A DNA stretch of 64,000 nucleotides from an uncultured Acidobacteriota bacterium. Its GTDB lineage: Bacteria > Acidobacteriota > Thermoanaerobaculia > Gp7-AA8. The notes under the pieces are model-generated. The model was given only the letters and a program-made list of their open reading frames with translations, searched no databases and was not told the DNA's origin. Below, piece by piece: positions 31,044-41,992 of the stretch. Position 1 is the first letter of the stretch. Each line of letters begins with the position of its first letter. Both the position numbers and the translations under genes were made by a program. Location of the stretch: NCBI GenBank assembly GCA_963741955.1, contig CAVUKB010000007.1:32001-96000 (forward strand), given 5' to 3'.

Positions 31044-32634
31044 GAGTCTGCGCGGTAGGACGAAACTTCGGCGCTTCCTGAAGATCTCGGAAGACGTCCA
31101 CTCGCGAGCGGCACAACCGCGGCACCGAAGCGCCTTCAGGTTGATGGTGCCGTTCTCGGGGAGTTGGCAGCGCGAAACACTTGTTCGGCGGGACTTTTCG
31201 GGGGTTGGATACTGCTCTGCCGCGGCTATTCGAGCGCAACCAGAGCGCTCATTCGCTTTAGATTGATCACCAGGCACACCAGAGCCCATTCGCCGGCAAC
31301 TTTGCGCATCCCGCGGAGACTGAATCGTCGAAAGCCGAGAACGTTTTTGACCCAGCCAAACACCGGTTCAACGATTGCCTTTCGCCGGCGATAGACCGCC
31401 TTGCCTGGAGGTGAGTCCAACTTCTGCTTCATCCGCAGAGTCGCGGGGAGCGTCGTCTCAGCTGCGGCTTCTTTACCTTCTCGTCCGAGAGAAACATAGG
31501 CATCGATCTTCTTCTGCTCCAACTCGATGAACGAGGTTTCCGATCTGTAGCCGGCGTCTGCAACAACCTGGTCGGGAGTTGTTTCGCAATTCTGTTCGAC
31601 CACCTCGACCAAAGGCAGGAGTGATCCGCTGTCCGCCGCAGATTGTGTGATCTCGAATCCAACGATGAGTTGGTTATAGGCATCAACTGCGATCTGCGCG
31701 TTGTAGCACTGCTGAAATCCTTCCTGGGACTTCATGATTCGGCTCTCGGAATCGGTGAAGTTTTCTTGCGCTTTGTCATCAGGTACGCCGAACTTCCGTT
31801 TGAATGGCTTACCCTTCTTCCTGGCCGGATCATCGTCGCCTTCGGAGCGACCATCCTTCGTGTCCTGTTCCCGCTGCCGTTGTTCGAGTCGCTCTCGTGC
31901 CTCTTTGATTTTTTGGATACGAGTCTCCCGGCGCTGGAGCTCTTCGGGCAACTCATCCCCGCGTCGATCAACTCCGTACTCGGCATCCTCCCGGGCATCC
32001 TCCTCCGCCGCGGTGGCCAAAATGTCCGCGATCTCCTTCTCGAGTTTTGCTTGTTCCTTCTTCATCCGATCGTAGCTCATCGCCTTGTGCTTGCTGGCAT
32101 TCGCTCGGACCTTCGACCCGTCGATTGCAATCCTCCCGAGCGTAACTAACCCTGTTTCCTGGGCGGTCCGAATGATCTGGACCAGTAAGGAGCTGAACGC
32201 GTCCACATGCTCGAGCCGAAAGTCGCAGATGGTTCGATGCGACGGAAAGTTCCCGGCCGCAAGATACCGGACGGCGACATCTTCATCGATCCGCCGGGCA
32301 ATCTTGCGCGAGGAGAACGTTCCCGTCAGGTACGAATAGATGATCAACTTGAGCATCATCCTTGGCTCGTACGGCTGCTTCCGTCTCCCGTCGCCTTTGT
32401 ACGGCTCGTAGAATGCACTCAGATCGAGCTGATCGACGATGTCGAAAACGAAGTGCGCCAAGTGACCCTCAGGGAGCCAGTCATATGGCGAGGGCGGAAG
32501 CAGCAGCGACTGCTCCGGTCGGTATGGCCTATACGTGGTCGGCATGACCCAATCTTACCATATTATTGTTATTACTAATCATACCCTTTTATCATGTTCC
32601 TTTGCCGTGCACCGGTTTTCTACCGCGCAGACTC
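31044..32634 (-). mobile_element. IS1182-family insertion sequence (1591 bp)
   Basis: 15-bp perfect TIR GAGTCTGCGCGGTAG; CTAG direct repeats at 31040-43 and 32635-38; lower GC. Confidence 0.92.
31226..32545 (-). CDS. IS1182-family DDE transposase
   Basis: LLPPS..DWLPEGHLA, SSRKI, IAIDGSKVRANASK, TDSESRIM, YNAQ, ADAGY, YRRRKAIVEPVFG, FRRFSLRG. Confidence 0.95.
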   Translation of the reverse strand: MPTTYRPYRPEQSLLLPPSPYDWLPEGHLAHFVFDIVDQLDLSAFYEPYKGDGRRKQPYEPRMMLKLIIYSYLTGTFSSRKIARRIDEDVAVRYLAAGNFPSHRTICDFRLEHVDAFSSLLVQIIRTAQETGLVTLGRIAIDGSKVRANASKHKAMSYDRMKKEQAKLEKEIADILATAAEEDAREDAEYGVDRRGDELPEELQRRETRIQKIKEARERLEQRQREQDTKDGRSEGDDDPARKKGKPFKRKFGVPDDKAQENFTDSESRIMKSQEGFQQCYNAQIAVDAYNQLIVGFEITQSAADSGSLLPLVEVVEQNCETTPDQVVADAGYRSETSFIELEQKKIDAYVSLGREGKEAAAETTLPATLRMKQKLDSPPGKAVYRRRKAIVEPVFGWVKNVLGFRRFSLRGMRKVAGEWALVCLVINLKRMSALVALE

Positions 32635-32638
32635 CTAG

Positions 32639-32797
32639 GAGTCTGCGCGGTAGAAACTGTCCTACTGCGAAAGCGGATCAACGGTCCAAATCCGCCCGGA
32701 TTTTCGGCGAGTAGCCACCGCTACGCACCTCAAATCCGAACGAATTTGTCCTCGTTGCTCCGCTTTCTCGCTACGGACGTTTCTACCGCGCAGACTC
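32639..32797. mobile_element. MITE-like element family A (159 bp)
   Basis: TIRs as above; CTAG at 32635-38 and 32798-801. Confidence 0.92.
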
Positions 32798-32902
32798 CTA
32801 GCGGCGAGGAGGGATTCCGCGACGTGATTCGTCCCTCCCGGCGGAGTCGCTGAACCTTCGTCTCCCTCTTCTCTTCGGATCTCATGCGATAATCGCCCGG
32901 TT

Positions 32903-34411
32903 TTGCATCCGATCGATCTCGTCATCATTTTTCTCTACGTCGCGGGCGTCCTGATCGCCGGGGCCTGGTTCGGCCGCCGCCAGCGCTCCACGGCTCACTA
33001 TTTCTTCGCCACTCAGCACGTCCCCTGGTGGGCGGTCGGCGCGTCGATCGTCGCCACCGAGACATCGACCATCAGCTTCATCTCCGTCCCGGGGATCGCA
33101 TACGCACGCGGGGGAAACTTCACCTTTCTCCAACTCGTCTTCGGATATCTCGTGGGACGGGTGATCATCTCCTTCCTCTTCATCCCCTCTTACTTCAAAG
33201 GAAAGCTGACCACCGTCTACGAGCTTCTCCACGGACGCTTCGGACAGGCGGTGACCTCCCTCTCCGCCGCGCTCTTCGTGATCATGCGATCGATCGCGGA
33301 TGGGGTGCGGCTCCTCCTCACCGCGATCGTCCTCGCCGGGGTATACCGGACCTTCGTTCCCTCGGCAAACATGACCTCGGCGTTGACCGGTTCGATCCTC
33401 GCGCTCGGCGTGGTCATGGTGGTTCTCTTCTATCTCGGCGGGATGGAAGCGATCATCTGGGTCGAGTTCGTGCAGCTGTTCATCTACATCGGAGGGGCGA
33501 TCGCTGCGGGCGTCGTGCTCGTGCATGGAATCCCGGGAGGGCTCGGAGCGGCACTCGACATCGGCCACCAGTACGGGAAGTTCCAGCTCCTCGACTTCTC
33601 GGCCAGCCTGACGCGCTCTTTCACGTTCTGGGCAGGAGTGATCGGCGGATGCTTTCTCACCATGAGCACGCACGGAACCGATCAGTTCATGGTTCAGCGC
33701 TATCTCTCGACCGCCGGCCCGCGCCCTGCAGCCGCAGGGCTGCTGACTTCGGCGGTGGTGGTGCTCGTCCAGTTCATCGGATTTCTCTTCCTCGGGGTGC
33801 TTCTGTTCGCGTGGTACGCGCCGTACAAGCTCGCGACGTGGGCCACCGGCAGTCCGGCTGCACCCTTCATCTCACCGGACCAGGTCTTCCCCAACTTCAT
33901 CACCCATCACCTGCCGACCGGCCTGTCGGGACTGGTGGTCGCTGCGATTCTGGCGGCAGCCATGTCGTCGTCGATCAACTCCATCGCGGCGACGGCGATG
34001 TCGGACCTCTACCGCCCGATCTTCCGGGGACGGAGCGACCGGCACTACCTGAACGTCTCGAAGGTTCTGACCATCGTCGCCGGAATCGTGCAGATCGGCG
34101 TTGCGCTCGGAATGGCCGGCATGACTCGCTCGGCACTCGACACCGCCCTTTCGGTCGCGTCGCTGATCAACGGCCCGGTACTCGGAGTCTTCCTCCTCGG
34201 CGCAGCGAAACGGGGCCGGACCACGGCGGCACTGAGCGGAATGACGGCCGGCATCATCGCCGTCGCGGTGGTCTGGCTCGGCACGCCGCTCGCGTGGCCC
34301 TGGTACACCGTGGTGGGGTCCGTCACCACGTTCGCGGTCGGGCTTTTCGTGTCGCTCGTGAAGGGAGAGACGGCGAGCGAGATTGCGCTCGGGACCGGCG
34401 AGGCGGAGTAG
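32903..34411 (+). CDS. Sodium:solute symporter family protein
   Basis: SIVATETSTISFISVPG, GTDQFMVQRYL, AAAMSS; many TM helices; TTG start. Confidence 0.9.
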   Translation: MHPIDLVIIFLYVAGVLIAGAWFGRRQRSTAHYFFATQHVPWWAVGASIVATETSTISFISVPGIAYARGGNFTFLQLVFGYLVGRVIISFLFIPSYFKGKLTTVYELLHGRFGQAVTSLSAALFVIMRSIADGVRLLLTAIVLAGVYRTFVPSANMTSALTGSILALGVVMVVLFYLGGMEAIIWVEFVQLFIYIGGAIAAGVVLVHGIPGGLGAALDIGHQYGKFQLLDFSASLTRSFTFWAGVIGGCFLTMSTHGTDQFMVQRYLSTAGPRPAAAGLLTSAVVVLVQFIGFLFLGVLLFAWYAPYKLATWATGSPAAPFISPDQVFPNFITHHLPTGLSGLVVAAILAAAMSSSINSIAATAMSDLYRPIFRGRSDRHYLNVSKVLTIVAGIVQIGVALGMAGMTRSALDTALSVASLINGPVLGVFLLGAAKRGRTTAALSGMTAGIIAVAVVWLGTPLAWPWYTVVGSVTTFAVGLFVSLVKGETASEIALGTGEAE

Positions 34412-34420
34412 GATGCGCGC

Positions 34421-35305
34421 ATGCCGGAGCTGCCGGATGTCGCCGTCTATGTCGATGCGCTGGAAAAGCGGATCTCCGGCCAGACGCTGCTGAACATCCG
34501 CTTCGCAAATCCGTTCGTTCTCCGCACCGTCGAGCCGTCGAAAGAGGAGCTGGTCGGACGCAGAGTGACCGGGCTGCGGAGGATCGGGAAACGGATCGTG
34601 ATCGGGCTCTCCGAGGAGCTCTTCATCGTGATCCATCTGATGATCGCGGGAAGATTCAGATGGCTGGCAGAGGGCGCGAAGATCCCCGGGAAGATCGGTC
34701 TCGCCGCGTTCGATTTTTCCAGTGGTACCCTCGTGCTGACGGAAGCCGGCTCGAAAAGAAGGGCTTCGATCCATTTCATCCGCGGAGTGGATGCTCTCCG
34801 TTCCCTCGACCCGGGCGGTGCCGAAGTGTTCGAGATCTCTCTCGAAGAATTCGCGCGCATCGTGAGGAGGGAGAACCACACCCTCAAGCGGAGCCTCACC
34901 GATCCGCGCAATTTCAGCGGAATCGGTAACGCGTATTCGGATGAGATTCTGTGGGCCGCGCGGCTCTCGCCTCTCGTGCTGACGCAGAAACTCGGAGACG
35001 AAGAGATCGAGCGGCTGTTCAGCGCGACGCGTGCGACGTTGAAGGAGTGGACCGAGCGGTTGCGAGAAGCGTACGGCGGGAAGTTCCCGGAGAAAGTCAC
35101 CGCGTTTCGGGAGGGGATGGCGGTCCACGGGCGTTTTGGTGAGCCGTGTCCGGCGTGCGGAAGCAAAGTGCAGCACATCGTCTATGCCGACAACGAGACG
35201 AACTACTGTGCCCGTTGCCAGACCGGAGGAAAGCTTCTCGCAGACCGCGCGATGTCGCGCCTGCTGCACGGCGACTGGCCTAATTCGATCGACGAGCTCG
35301 AGTGA
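34421..35305 (+). CDS. Fpg/Nei-family DNA glycosylase
   Basis: N-terminal PELPDV, HLMIAG, GIGNAYSDEIL (H2TH), CPAC...CARC zinc finger. Confidence 0.9.
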   Translation: MPELPDVAVYVDALEKRISGQTLLNIRFANPFVLRTVEPSKEELVGRRVTGLRRIGKRIVIGLSEELFIVIHLMIAGRFRWLAEGAKIPGKIGLAAFDFSSGTLVLTEAGSKRRASIHFIRGVDALRSLDPGGAEVFEISLEEFARIVRRENHTLKRSLTDPRNFSGIGNAYSDEILWAARLSPLVLTQKLGDEEIERLFSATRATLKEWTERLREAYGGKFPEKVTAFREGMAVHGRFGEPCPACGSKVQHIVYADNETNYCARCQTGGKLLADRAMSRLLHGDWPNSIDELE

Positions 35306-35351
35306 AGAACGCGCGCTGCGGAGGGGAAGGAGCGACGTGCGTGCGCAGTGG

Positions 35352-35831
35352 TCAGGATTGCTTCGGCCGCGAGATCGTCCCGGTACGGGCCTCCGTCACA
35401 CGCGCGTAATCGGCGGGATCGAGGAGAATCTGGGTTCCGCGGACTCCCGCAGAAACGGAGATGAGATCCCAATCGAGAGCACTCCGGTCGAGGTAGACCG
35501 GAAACTTCTTTTTCGCACCGAGAACCGTCACGCCTCCGCGGATGTAACCGGTCAGCGGCTGGACCTCCTTGAGGGCGACGGTGTCGACCTTCCGGTCGCC
35601 ACTGAGCTTCGCCAGCGCCTTGAGGTCGAGCTCGAGATCGCCGGGAACCACGGCGAAACAGACTCCGTGCCGGTCGCCGCGTGCGACGAGCGTCTTGAAG
35701 ACCTGTCGTGCCGGGAAGCCGATCTTCGCGGCCACCGCCTCCGCGGAAAGATCGTCGGGATCGACGTCGTACTCGCGGCATTCGTACCGGACACCGAGCG
35801 AGTCGAGAAGGCGTGCTGCATTCGTCTTCAT
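35352..35831 (-). CDS. ybaK: Cys-tRNA(Pro) deacylase
   Basis: MKTNAARLLD, VFKTLV, TGYIRGG, SAGVRG. Confidence 0.92.
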   Translation of the reverse strand: MKTNAARLLDSLGVRYECREYDVDPDDLSAEAVAAKIGFPARQVFKTLVARGDRHGVCFAVVPGDLELDLKALAKLSGDRKVDTVALKEVQPLTGYIRGGVTVLGAKKKFPVYLDRSALDWDLISVSAGVRGTQILLDPADYARVTEARTGTISRPKQS

Positions 35832-36655
35832 CCGGTGATTTCCGATGCGGCGAACGCGCCGGCCGTTCCCGCCTCCACGCCGCGGATCCAGTCGCGGAGC
35901 ACCTCAGTCAGGCGCGCCGGCTGTTCCATCACCAGGCCGTGGCCGCAGTCTTCGAACAGCGCGAGCCGTGCTCCGGGGATCCGGCTTGCGAGCTCTTTCG
36001 ACTCGGCGGGAGGGAATGTCACGTCGTGGTCCGCCGCGACGACGAGGGTGGGCGCGGTGATTCGAGGAAGCAGCGGAGTGAGGTCGAGATTCTCGAGCGC
36101 GAGGAGGGAGTCGGCGATTCCGCGGAACCACCAGTCGGGAAGATACGCGACCTGCTGGCGCCGCAGGGCGAGCGTCGCGGCTTCCCGCGTCCGGTAGCTC
36201 TCGCTGAAGGTGTGCGCGGTCAGGATGTCGTAGAGGTTCTGCCGATCCCCGCCGGCCGCTGCATCGAGGCAGGCTTCACGAAGCAGAAGCGTCTTCTCCC
36301 ACATTGCCGGCCGGACGCGATCGGAAGCGGTGATCGCGATGACGGATGCGGTCCGGGAGGGATGCTCGGCTGCGAACTGGAGAGCGACGAATGCGCCGAA
36401 GGAAGTTCCTGCGACGTGTACGCGATCGCAGCCCAGCGAGTCGAGCAGTGCTGCGACGTCCTCCACGTGACCGCCGATGGTGCGAGGAGGATCACCCGGA
36501 GAGAGGAGCTGCCCGCGGAAGTCGCAGCGGATCACACGGTAGTGCGCAGCGAGTGGTGCCGCGATCTCCTCCCACGCCGCGAAGGACATCATCCCTCCGT
36601 TCAGGAGAAGAAGAGCGGGGCCGGTGCCGTCGGATCGGTGAGTCAGAAGTTCCAT
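35828..36655 (-). CDS. Alpha/beta fold hydrolase
   Basis: DFRGQLLS, GTSFG nucleophile elbow, CGHG. Confidence 0.88.
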   Translation of the reverse strand: MELLTHRSDGTGPALLLLNGGMMSFAAWEEIAAPLAAHYRVIRCDFRGQLLSPGDPPRTIGGHVEDVAALLDSLGCDRVHVAGTSFGAFVALQFAAEHPSRTASVIAITASDRVRPAMWEKTLLLREACLDAAAGGDRQNLYDILTAHTFSESYRTREAATLALRRQQVAYLPDWWFRGIADSLLALENLDLTPLLPRITAPTLVVAADHDVTFPPAESKELASRIPGARLALFEDCGHGLVMEQPARLTEVLRDWIRGVEAGTAGAFAASEITG

Positions 36656-36854
36656 CAGCGCACTCCTCGTAAAACCGAATGGCGGATCGGTTTTTACCGA
36701 TCATCGGTTCTCGGGTGCGACGTGTCAAGGTGGATCGAGCCGAGCGCCGCACGATCTCGCGGTCGAGCTCGAACGAAATTCGAGCCTTCCGTCCATCGGC
36801 GCGCAGCGGGCGGAGTCACTTCAGTCGCCGGGAGTCCACCTCGCGGCAAAAGCC

Positions 36855-38234
36855 TCAGATCGCAGCGTCCGGCTCGGTCTTGTGCTTCCCGAAGAGAACC
36901 GACTCGTCGATCTCCCCTTCGCTGTGAGCCACCACCAGCGCCGTGACTGCGTCGCTGGTGACGTTCACCGCGGTGCGGGTCATGTCGAGGAGCCGGTCCA
37001 CGGTCCAGATGATCGCGGTGTACGCCACGGGCAGCCCGACCGCCTGAAGGATGATCACCATCATCACCAGTCCGGCGTGAGGAATTCCCGCCGCACCGAT
37101 ACTCACCATCAGTGCGAGGAAGACGATGATCAGCTGGGCGCTGAACGTGAGCGTGAAGTGCGGATCGATCATCGAATGGATCTGGGCGATGAAGATCACG
37201 CTGACGCACTCGTAAAGAGCGGTGCCGTTCATGTTGATCGTCGCGCCGAGCGGGAGAACGAAGCTGGTGACTTCGTTCGAGATTCCTGCACCGTCTTCCG
37301 CCCGCTCCATCGTCACGCCGAGCGTACCGCTGCTGGAGGCGGTCGAAAACGCCGTGAGGAGAGCGGGGGTGAGCACCCGATAAAACTTGATCGGATTCCG
37401 GCGGGTGAGGATGAGCACGAGCAGAGGGAGAGTGATGAAAAGGTGGATCAGAAGCGCCGACAGGACCGTGACCACGTACCAGAGCATGCTGATGAAGATC
37501 TCGGGACCGGTCGTCGCGACCATCCTGCCGATCAGAGCTGCGATGCCGACCGGCGCAAGGGCGATCACGAAACGGGTCATCTTCAGCATGATCTCTCCAC
37601 CCGAGTCGATGAACGCGAGCATCGGAGCCTGCTTCGCTTCGTCGATGCTCAGCAGGAAGATGCCGAAGAGGAGGGTGAAGAAGATCACTCCGATCAGGTC
37701 GAAGTTCGCCGCGGACGCGACGATGTTGTCCGGGACCATCGCCTGGAGCACGGTCCAGAACGATTCGGGAACTGCGGCGCTCACTTCGGCCGCCGCAGGG
37801 AGAGTCAGATGAATGCCGTAGCCGGGACGGATGGTATTCACCAGCAGCAGTCCGGTGACGATCGCGATCAGGCCGGTGAGGAGGTACATGCCGAGCGTCT
37901 TCCACCCGATGCGCCAGAGGCGCTTCATGTTCCCCATTCCCGCCACTCCGCCTGCGAGCGAAAAGAAGACGAGAGGGATGACGATCAGCTTGAGGAGCTT
38001 GAGAAAGATCTCCGCGATCCCCTCGAGGGCCTGATAGAGATCCGTCTTCTCCAGGTTCGCCTTCAGTTTCGTCGCAATGTCGGCGGCATGCGCGGTCACC
38101 TCGGCGCGCGTATACGAGGGGCCGAGCACTTCGACCCGCGCCTCGTGGATGTTCGCGCGATAGATTGCGGTACCGATCAGGGCGCCTGCGAGGACGCCGA
38201 GGAGAACCCACCAGTGGAGACCGATTCTTCGCAT
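36855..38234 (-). CDS. Dicarboxylate/amino acid:cation symporter
   Basis: AFSTASSSGTL, PLGATINMNG, DRLLDMTRTAVNV. Confidence 0.93.
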   Translation of the reverse strand: MRRIGLHWWVLLGVLAGALIGTAIYRANIHEARVEVLGPSYTRAEVTAHAADIATKLKANLEKTDLYQALEGIAEIFLKLLKLIVIPLVFFSLAGGVAGMGNMKRLWRIGWKTLGMYLLTGLIAIVTGLLLVNTIRPGYGIHLTLPAAAEVSAAVPESFWTVLQAMVPDNIVASAANFDLIGVIFFTLLFGIFLLSIDEAKQAPMLAFIDSGGEIMLKMTRFVIALAPVGIAALIGRMVATTGPEIFISMLWYVVTVLSALLIHLFITLPLLVLILTRRNPIKFYRVLTPALLTAFSTASSSGTLGVTMERAEDGAGISNEVTSFVLPLGATINMNGTALYECVSVIFIAQIHSMIDPHFTLTFSAQLIIVFLALMVSIGAAGIPHAGLVMMVIILQAVGLPVAYTAIIWTVDRLLDMTRTAVNVTSDAVTALVVAHSEGEIDESVLFGKHKTEPDAAI

Positions 38235-38361
38235 GACGGACGGAACTATAGCAGGAACGTAAACTGCGTTCGAAGCGCCGGCCGTGCGTGCCGCGATCAG
38301 CGAGGCGAATGACGATCCGGTACCCGGTGGGGGGAAGACTCAGGAAGAGCCGACGACATGA

Positions 38362-39669
38362 TCACGATGCCGCGTCGGCGGCGGAGATCACTTTCGCCAG
38401 GACGGCCGCTCTCGCAGGAACGCGCTTCATGTAATGCGTCGTTTCGCTGAGTGACCGGATCAGACCTGCGCGCAGCCGGGTGATGTTGACCTCACCGGCG
38501 TTGTACAGCGCCGCGGTCCACTCGTCCAGTCCGGAGTGCGGAACGCCGAGCCGGGTCGCTTCCTGTTGCTTGGTCGTGAGGTGCTGCGAGAGGAATGCGG
38601 CCATCGCCTGCGGCGAGAATCGAACGTCCAGAACCTTTCCGAGATATTCACCGGCCTCGTATGGATGCTGCTGGATGATCGTGTCCGGCTTCGCGTGGTA
38701 GTGCTGCCGCAGGATCGCATCGCGGCGCGAGGTCAACTGGCGCTGGTACTTGCTCCAGCCGGCCCGCTGCAGGTTTCGCAGGTACCGGTAGTCGCGGCGG
38801 ATCCGGTTCCGGTACCGGATCAGCGAGCGGCGCGATGCCCGATGGTCGATCAGCCGTCCGAGCTCTGCGAGAGCTTCACGGTTGTGCGCGTCGGCCGCGG
38901 TGATGTGGCGGTAAAAGACGTCGTTGGCGACCGGACGAAGCGCTTCGAGCTCGCCCATGCCGACCCGGCGCAGCTTCTGCGCGGACGCGAGAAGCCGCTT
39001 CGCGTTGCGCCGCGTCTTCGCGTCGTTCCTGCGGATCAGCATCGAAGCGATCCGGTCGGCATCGTTGAGAGGCTTCTTCATGATGTACGCACGCGTTCCG
39101 ATCAGATACGCGTTCGTGACGTAAAGCTTCCCGTTCCCTCCCTCAGAGAGGTACGCGGCCGGGGTTGCCTGGGCCAGTCCCGCCGCGCCGGCGGGAGAGA
39201 TCGCCAGGACCTTTCCGCGCGTCTCTGTCCACGCGATCGCGAGGAGGTAGTTCAGGGGGATCGGACTGTTCTGCTGATCGACGGTCGTACGCAACACGTG
39301 AACGAGCTTCGCCGGATGTCGGGTCTTCCACTGCGCCAGCTCGGAGGTGAGGGCCTTCTCGACCGCGGCAGGAGCCGCGTCGGCCGCGGTCTCGGGAGCG
39401 GTCACGTTGGTGATCAGCGGCCGGTTGCCCATCTCGAGTTGAACCGGCGGAGAGGCGGGGCTCGCCTGGTGAACGGCTTCTGATTGCTCGACGCGCACCG
39501 GCGGAGGCGTAGTGTTTCGGCTGCCGAGCGAGGGCATCAGCGCAGTCGCTGCGGTCAGAGCCGCCGTTCCGGCCGCGATTGCGAGGGCGGTCACCAACGT
39601 CCGTCCAGGTGTCTTTCGTCGTCCTTTCATCCGCGCGTGCTCCTCCTTTCGCTCTCCGTCGAGCGGCAT
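38362..39669 (-). CDS. Lytic transglycosylase (SLT)-like protein with long basic insert
   Basis: IAWTET (catalytic Glu), SPAGAAGLAQ, AALYNAG, ETTHY; N-terminal hydrophobic anchor. Start could be 39630. Confidence 0.7.
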   Translation of the reverse strand: MPLDGERKEEHARMKGRRKTPGRTLVTALAIAAGTAALTAATALMPSLGSRNTTPPPVRVEQSEAVHQASPASPPVQLEMGNRPLITNVTAPETAADAAPAAVEKALTSELAQWKTRHPAKLVHVLRTTVDQQNSPIPLNYLLAIAWTETRGKVLAISPAGAAGLAQATPAAYLSEGGNGKLYVTNAYLIGTRAYIMKKPLNDADRIASMLIRRNDAKTRRNAKRLLASAQKLRRVGMGELEALRPVANDVFYRHITAADAHNREALAELGRLIDHRASRRSLIRYRNRIRRDYRYLRNLQRAGWSKYQRQLTSRRDAILRQHYHAKPDTIIQQHPYEAGEYLGKVLDVRFSPQAMAAFLSQHLTTKQQEATRLGVPHSGLDEWTAALYNAGEVNITRLRAGLIRSLSETTHYMKRVPARAAVLAKVISAADAAS

Positions 39670-39861
39670 GGTTCAAGCTTCAACTACTTGAAAAATAAGT
39701 GTCTTTGCCGCGTTACTACTAATAACATACGCGGCCGGCCGACGATTCCAAAAGAGTGCGTTTGGGGCGTCTGGCGCAAGAATGACGAGGCAGGATTTGC
39801 GTGTTATGCAAACTGGGCGAGGCGGGCGCCCAACCCCGAAGCCGAGCGCGTCTCGGGTCGG

Positions 39862-41163
39862 TCAGTGGCCCTCTGCAGCGACCGGCTTATCGAGCTCTTC
39901 GATTGTCGCATCCGAGGCCTGCCGGCTCCGGCGGAGGCGCTCGGCTGTCGCCTCGACGCCGCGCATCACCCGGAGAACGTTCAGTCCGGCGATCTTCTCG
40001 AGATCGGCATCGCTGTAGCCGCGACGCACCAGTTCGGCAAAGAGAAAGGGAAAACGGTCCACTCCTTCCAGTCCCACCGGGGTCGAGCCGATGCCGTCGA
40101 AATCACTCCCGATGCCGATGTGGTCGATCCCAGCGACGTCCCGGAGATGGTCGATGTGGTCGGCGACGTCGCTGAGCGTCGCCCGAGGCATCGGATGCGC
40201 CGTTGTCCACTGGTCCATTTTCTGTTTCACGACATCGGGCTGTCCCTGATAAAGCTCCTCGAGGCGTCCGCGCTCCGCGTGTTGGTCGCCCACCCAGAGC
40301 CGGAGCGCCTCGGAGTCGAACGAGGGTACGAACGTCACCATCACTACGCCGCCGTTCTTCGCCACTTTCCGGAGAACTTCATCGGGGACGTTGCGAGGAT
40401 GATTCGTGAGCGCACGCGTGGACGAATGCGAAAAAATGACCGGAGCCTCCGTCGTCTCGAGCGCATCGGACATCGTCTCGGGAGAGGTATGAGAGAGATC
40501 GACGATCATCCCGAGCCGGTTCATTTCCTTCACCACTTCGCGTCCGAATGGAGTGAGGCCGTGATGGACGGGAGTGTCGGTGGCCGAGTCCGCCCATTCG
40601 GTGTTCTTCGAATGCGTGAGGGTCATGTACCGCCCCCCGAGCCGGTAGAGGTCGCGGAGGACCGCAAGGGAGTGGTCGATCGAGTGACCACCCTCGACGC
40701 CGATGAGCGAAGCGATCTTTCCTTCGCGATGGATCCGCTCCACGTCGTTGGCGGTCAGCGCCATCTCCAGCTGGCCTGGGTATGCGGCAGTCATCCGGTG
40801 CACCAGATCCATCTGCTCGAGCACCGCCTGGACCGCGCTCGCTCCTTCGAGCTCGACGGGGACGTAGACGGACCAGAACTGCGCTCCCACTTCCCCGTTC
40901 CGGAGACGCCCGAGATCGGTCATCAGAGGCTTTTCGAGTTTCGACGTGTCGCTCCGGAGATCGATTTTCGAGAGGTGCGAGTCGAATTGCGTGCGGATCT
41001 CCCATGGAAGATCGTTGTGTCCGTCGATGAGTGGAACCTGATGCAGAATGGACCGCGCATGTTCCAGCATGGCCGGTGTCGGAACGGGAGCGGCCGGCTG
41101 CGCTCCGGCAGGCGGAAGGAATCCGAAGACGGACAGCAGCAGCAGAGAGACGACTCGCTTCAT
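39862..41163 (-). CDS. Membrane dipeptidase (peptidase M19)
   Basis: [37 protein letters not shown]; signal peptide. Confidence 0.93.
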   Translation of the reverse strand: MKRVVSLLLLSVFGFLPPAGAQPAAPVPTPAMLEHARSILHQVPLIDGHNDLPWEIRTQFDSHLSKIDLRSDTSKLEKPLMTDLGRLRNGEVGAQFWSVYVPVELEGASAVQAVLEQMDLVHRMTAAYPGQLEMALTANDVERIHREGKIASLIGVEGGHSIDHSLAVLRDLYRLGGRYMTLTHSKNTEWADSATDTPVHHGLTPFGREVVKEMNRLGMIVDLSHTSPETMSDALETTEAPVIFSHSSTRALTNHPRNVPDEVLRKVAKNGGVVMVTFVPSFDSEALRLWVGDQHAERGRLEELYQGQPDVVKQKMDQWTTAHPMPRATLSDVADHIDHLRDVAGIDHIGIGSDFDGIGSTPVGLEGVDRFPFLFAELVRRGYSDADLEKIAGLNVLRVMRGVEATAERLRRSRQASDATIEELDKPVAAEGH

Positions 41164-41204
41164 CGAAAGACCTCCTGATTGGACTCGGCCGCCATTGTAG
41201 ACCT

Positions 41205-41376
41205 CAGGACTTCTGCTGCGGAGCGCGATCCGGGCCTCTCTGCGGGGTCAGACGACGATGTTGCTCCTCAAGGTAGTGCAGCGATGACGCCTCGTCGCAA
41301 GATCGCCATCTTCCTTGCATCCATCCCCCTTTGCGGGATCGCACTCCTCGCGACGAAATCCCGTGAATGATCCGGG
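41205..41376. mobile_element. MITE-like element family D, left end eroded
   Basis: GGACTTCTGCTGCGGAGCGCGATCCGG...TCAGAC and end CCGTGAATGATCCGGG|CTAG are shared with 62610-62690. Confidence 0.7.
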
Positions 41377-41417
41377 CTAGAATGCGGAACAGCAACACGA
41401 TCGAACGGTCCTCGCCC

Positions 41418-41924
41418 GTGAAACAGATCTCAGACTGCACAGGGATTCTCGACTGGATCCCCTCGAGCGCGCTTCGTCGCGACAGCGTCCTGCGTCACGC
41501 AGACGACGTTTATGCGGAGCTTCAGTGGAAGCGCTCCTTCGGTGCGATCGCGGAGGCGGAGACTTTCGAAGCGAAGTGGTCGCTGAAGCTGGAGGGATTT
41601 CTCTTCCGGCAGTGGGTCACGATCCGGAAGCCCGGCGAGTCGATGCCGGTGGCGATGTTCCAGGCCTCTCCCAGCTTCAACGGCACACTCGAGTTTCCCG
41701 ACGGACATCGCTACCACTGGGACTCGAACTTCTGGCTCACCCGGTGGATCTGGAGCGATACACGCGGAATGGAGCTGATCCGCATGCAGCGCCATCTCTC
41801 GCTCCGGACCGAAGGGTGCGTCGAAGTGGTGTCCGACGAGAGTATCGGCAACCCGGACCTCCCGCTCCTCACGGTCCTCGGGTGGTACCTGATCGTTCTG
41901 GTGACGGACCTCAGACCAGGATGA
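41418..41924 (+). CDS. Hypothetical protein
   Basis: Trp-rich ORF with plausible protein composition; GTG start uncertain. Confidence 0.7.
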   Translation: MKQISDCTGILDWIPSSALRRDSVLRHADDVYAELQWKRSFGAIAEAETFEAKWSLKLEGFLFRQWVTIRKPGESMPVAMFQASPSFNGTLEFPDGHRYHWDSNFWLTRWIWSDTRGMELIRMQRHLSLRTEGCVEVVSDESIGNPDLPLLTVLGWYLIVLVTDLRPG

Positions 41925-41992
41925 GGGAGGGAGGCGGCGACCGGCGCGCTCGTCCGGCCGCCCGCGCCTGATGCGAGGTAGAATGTTCGCCG

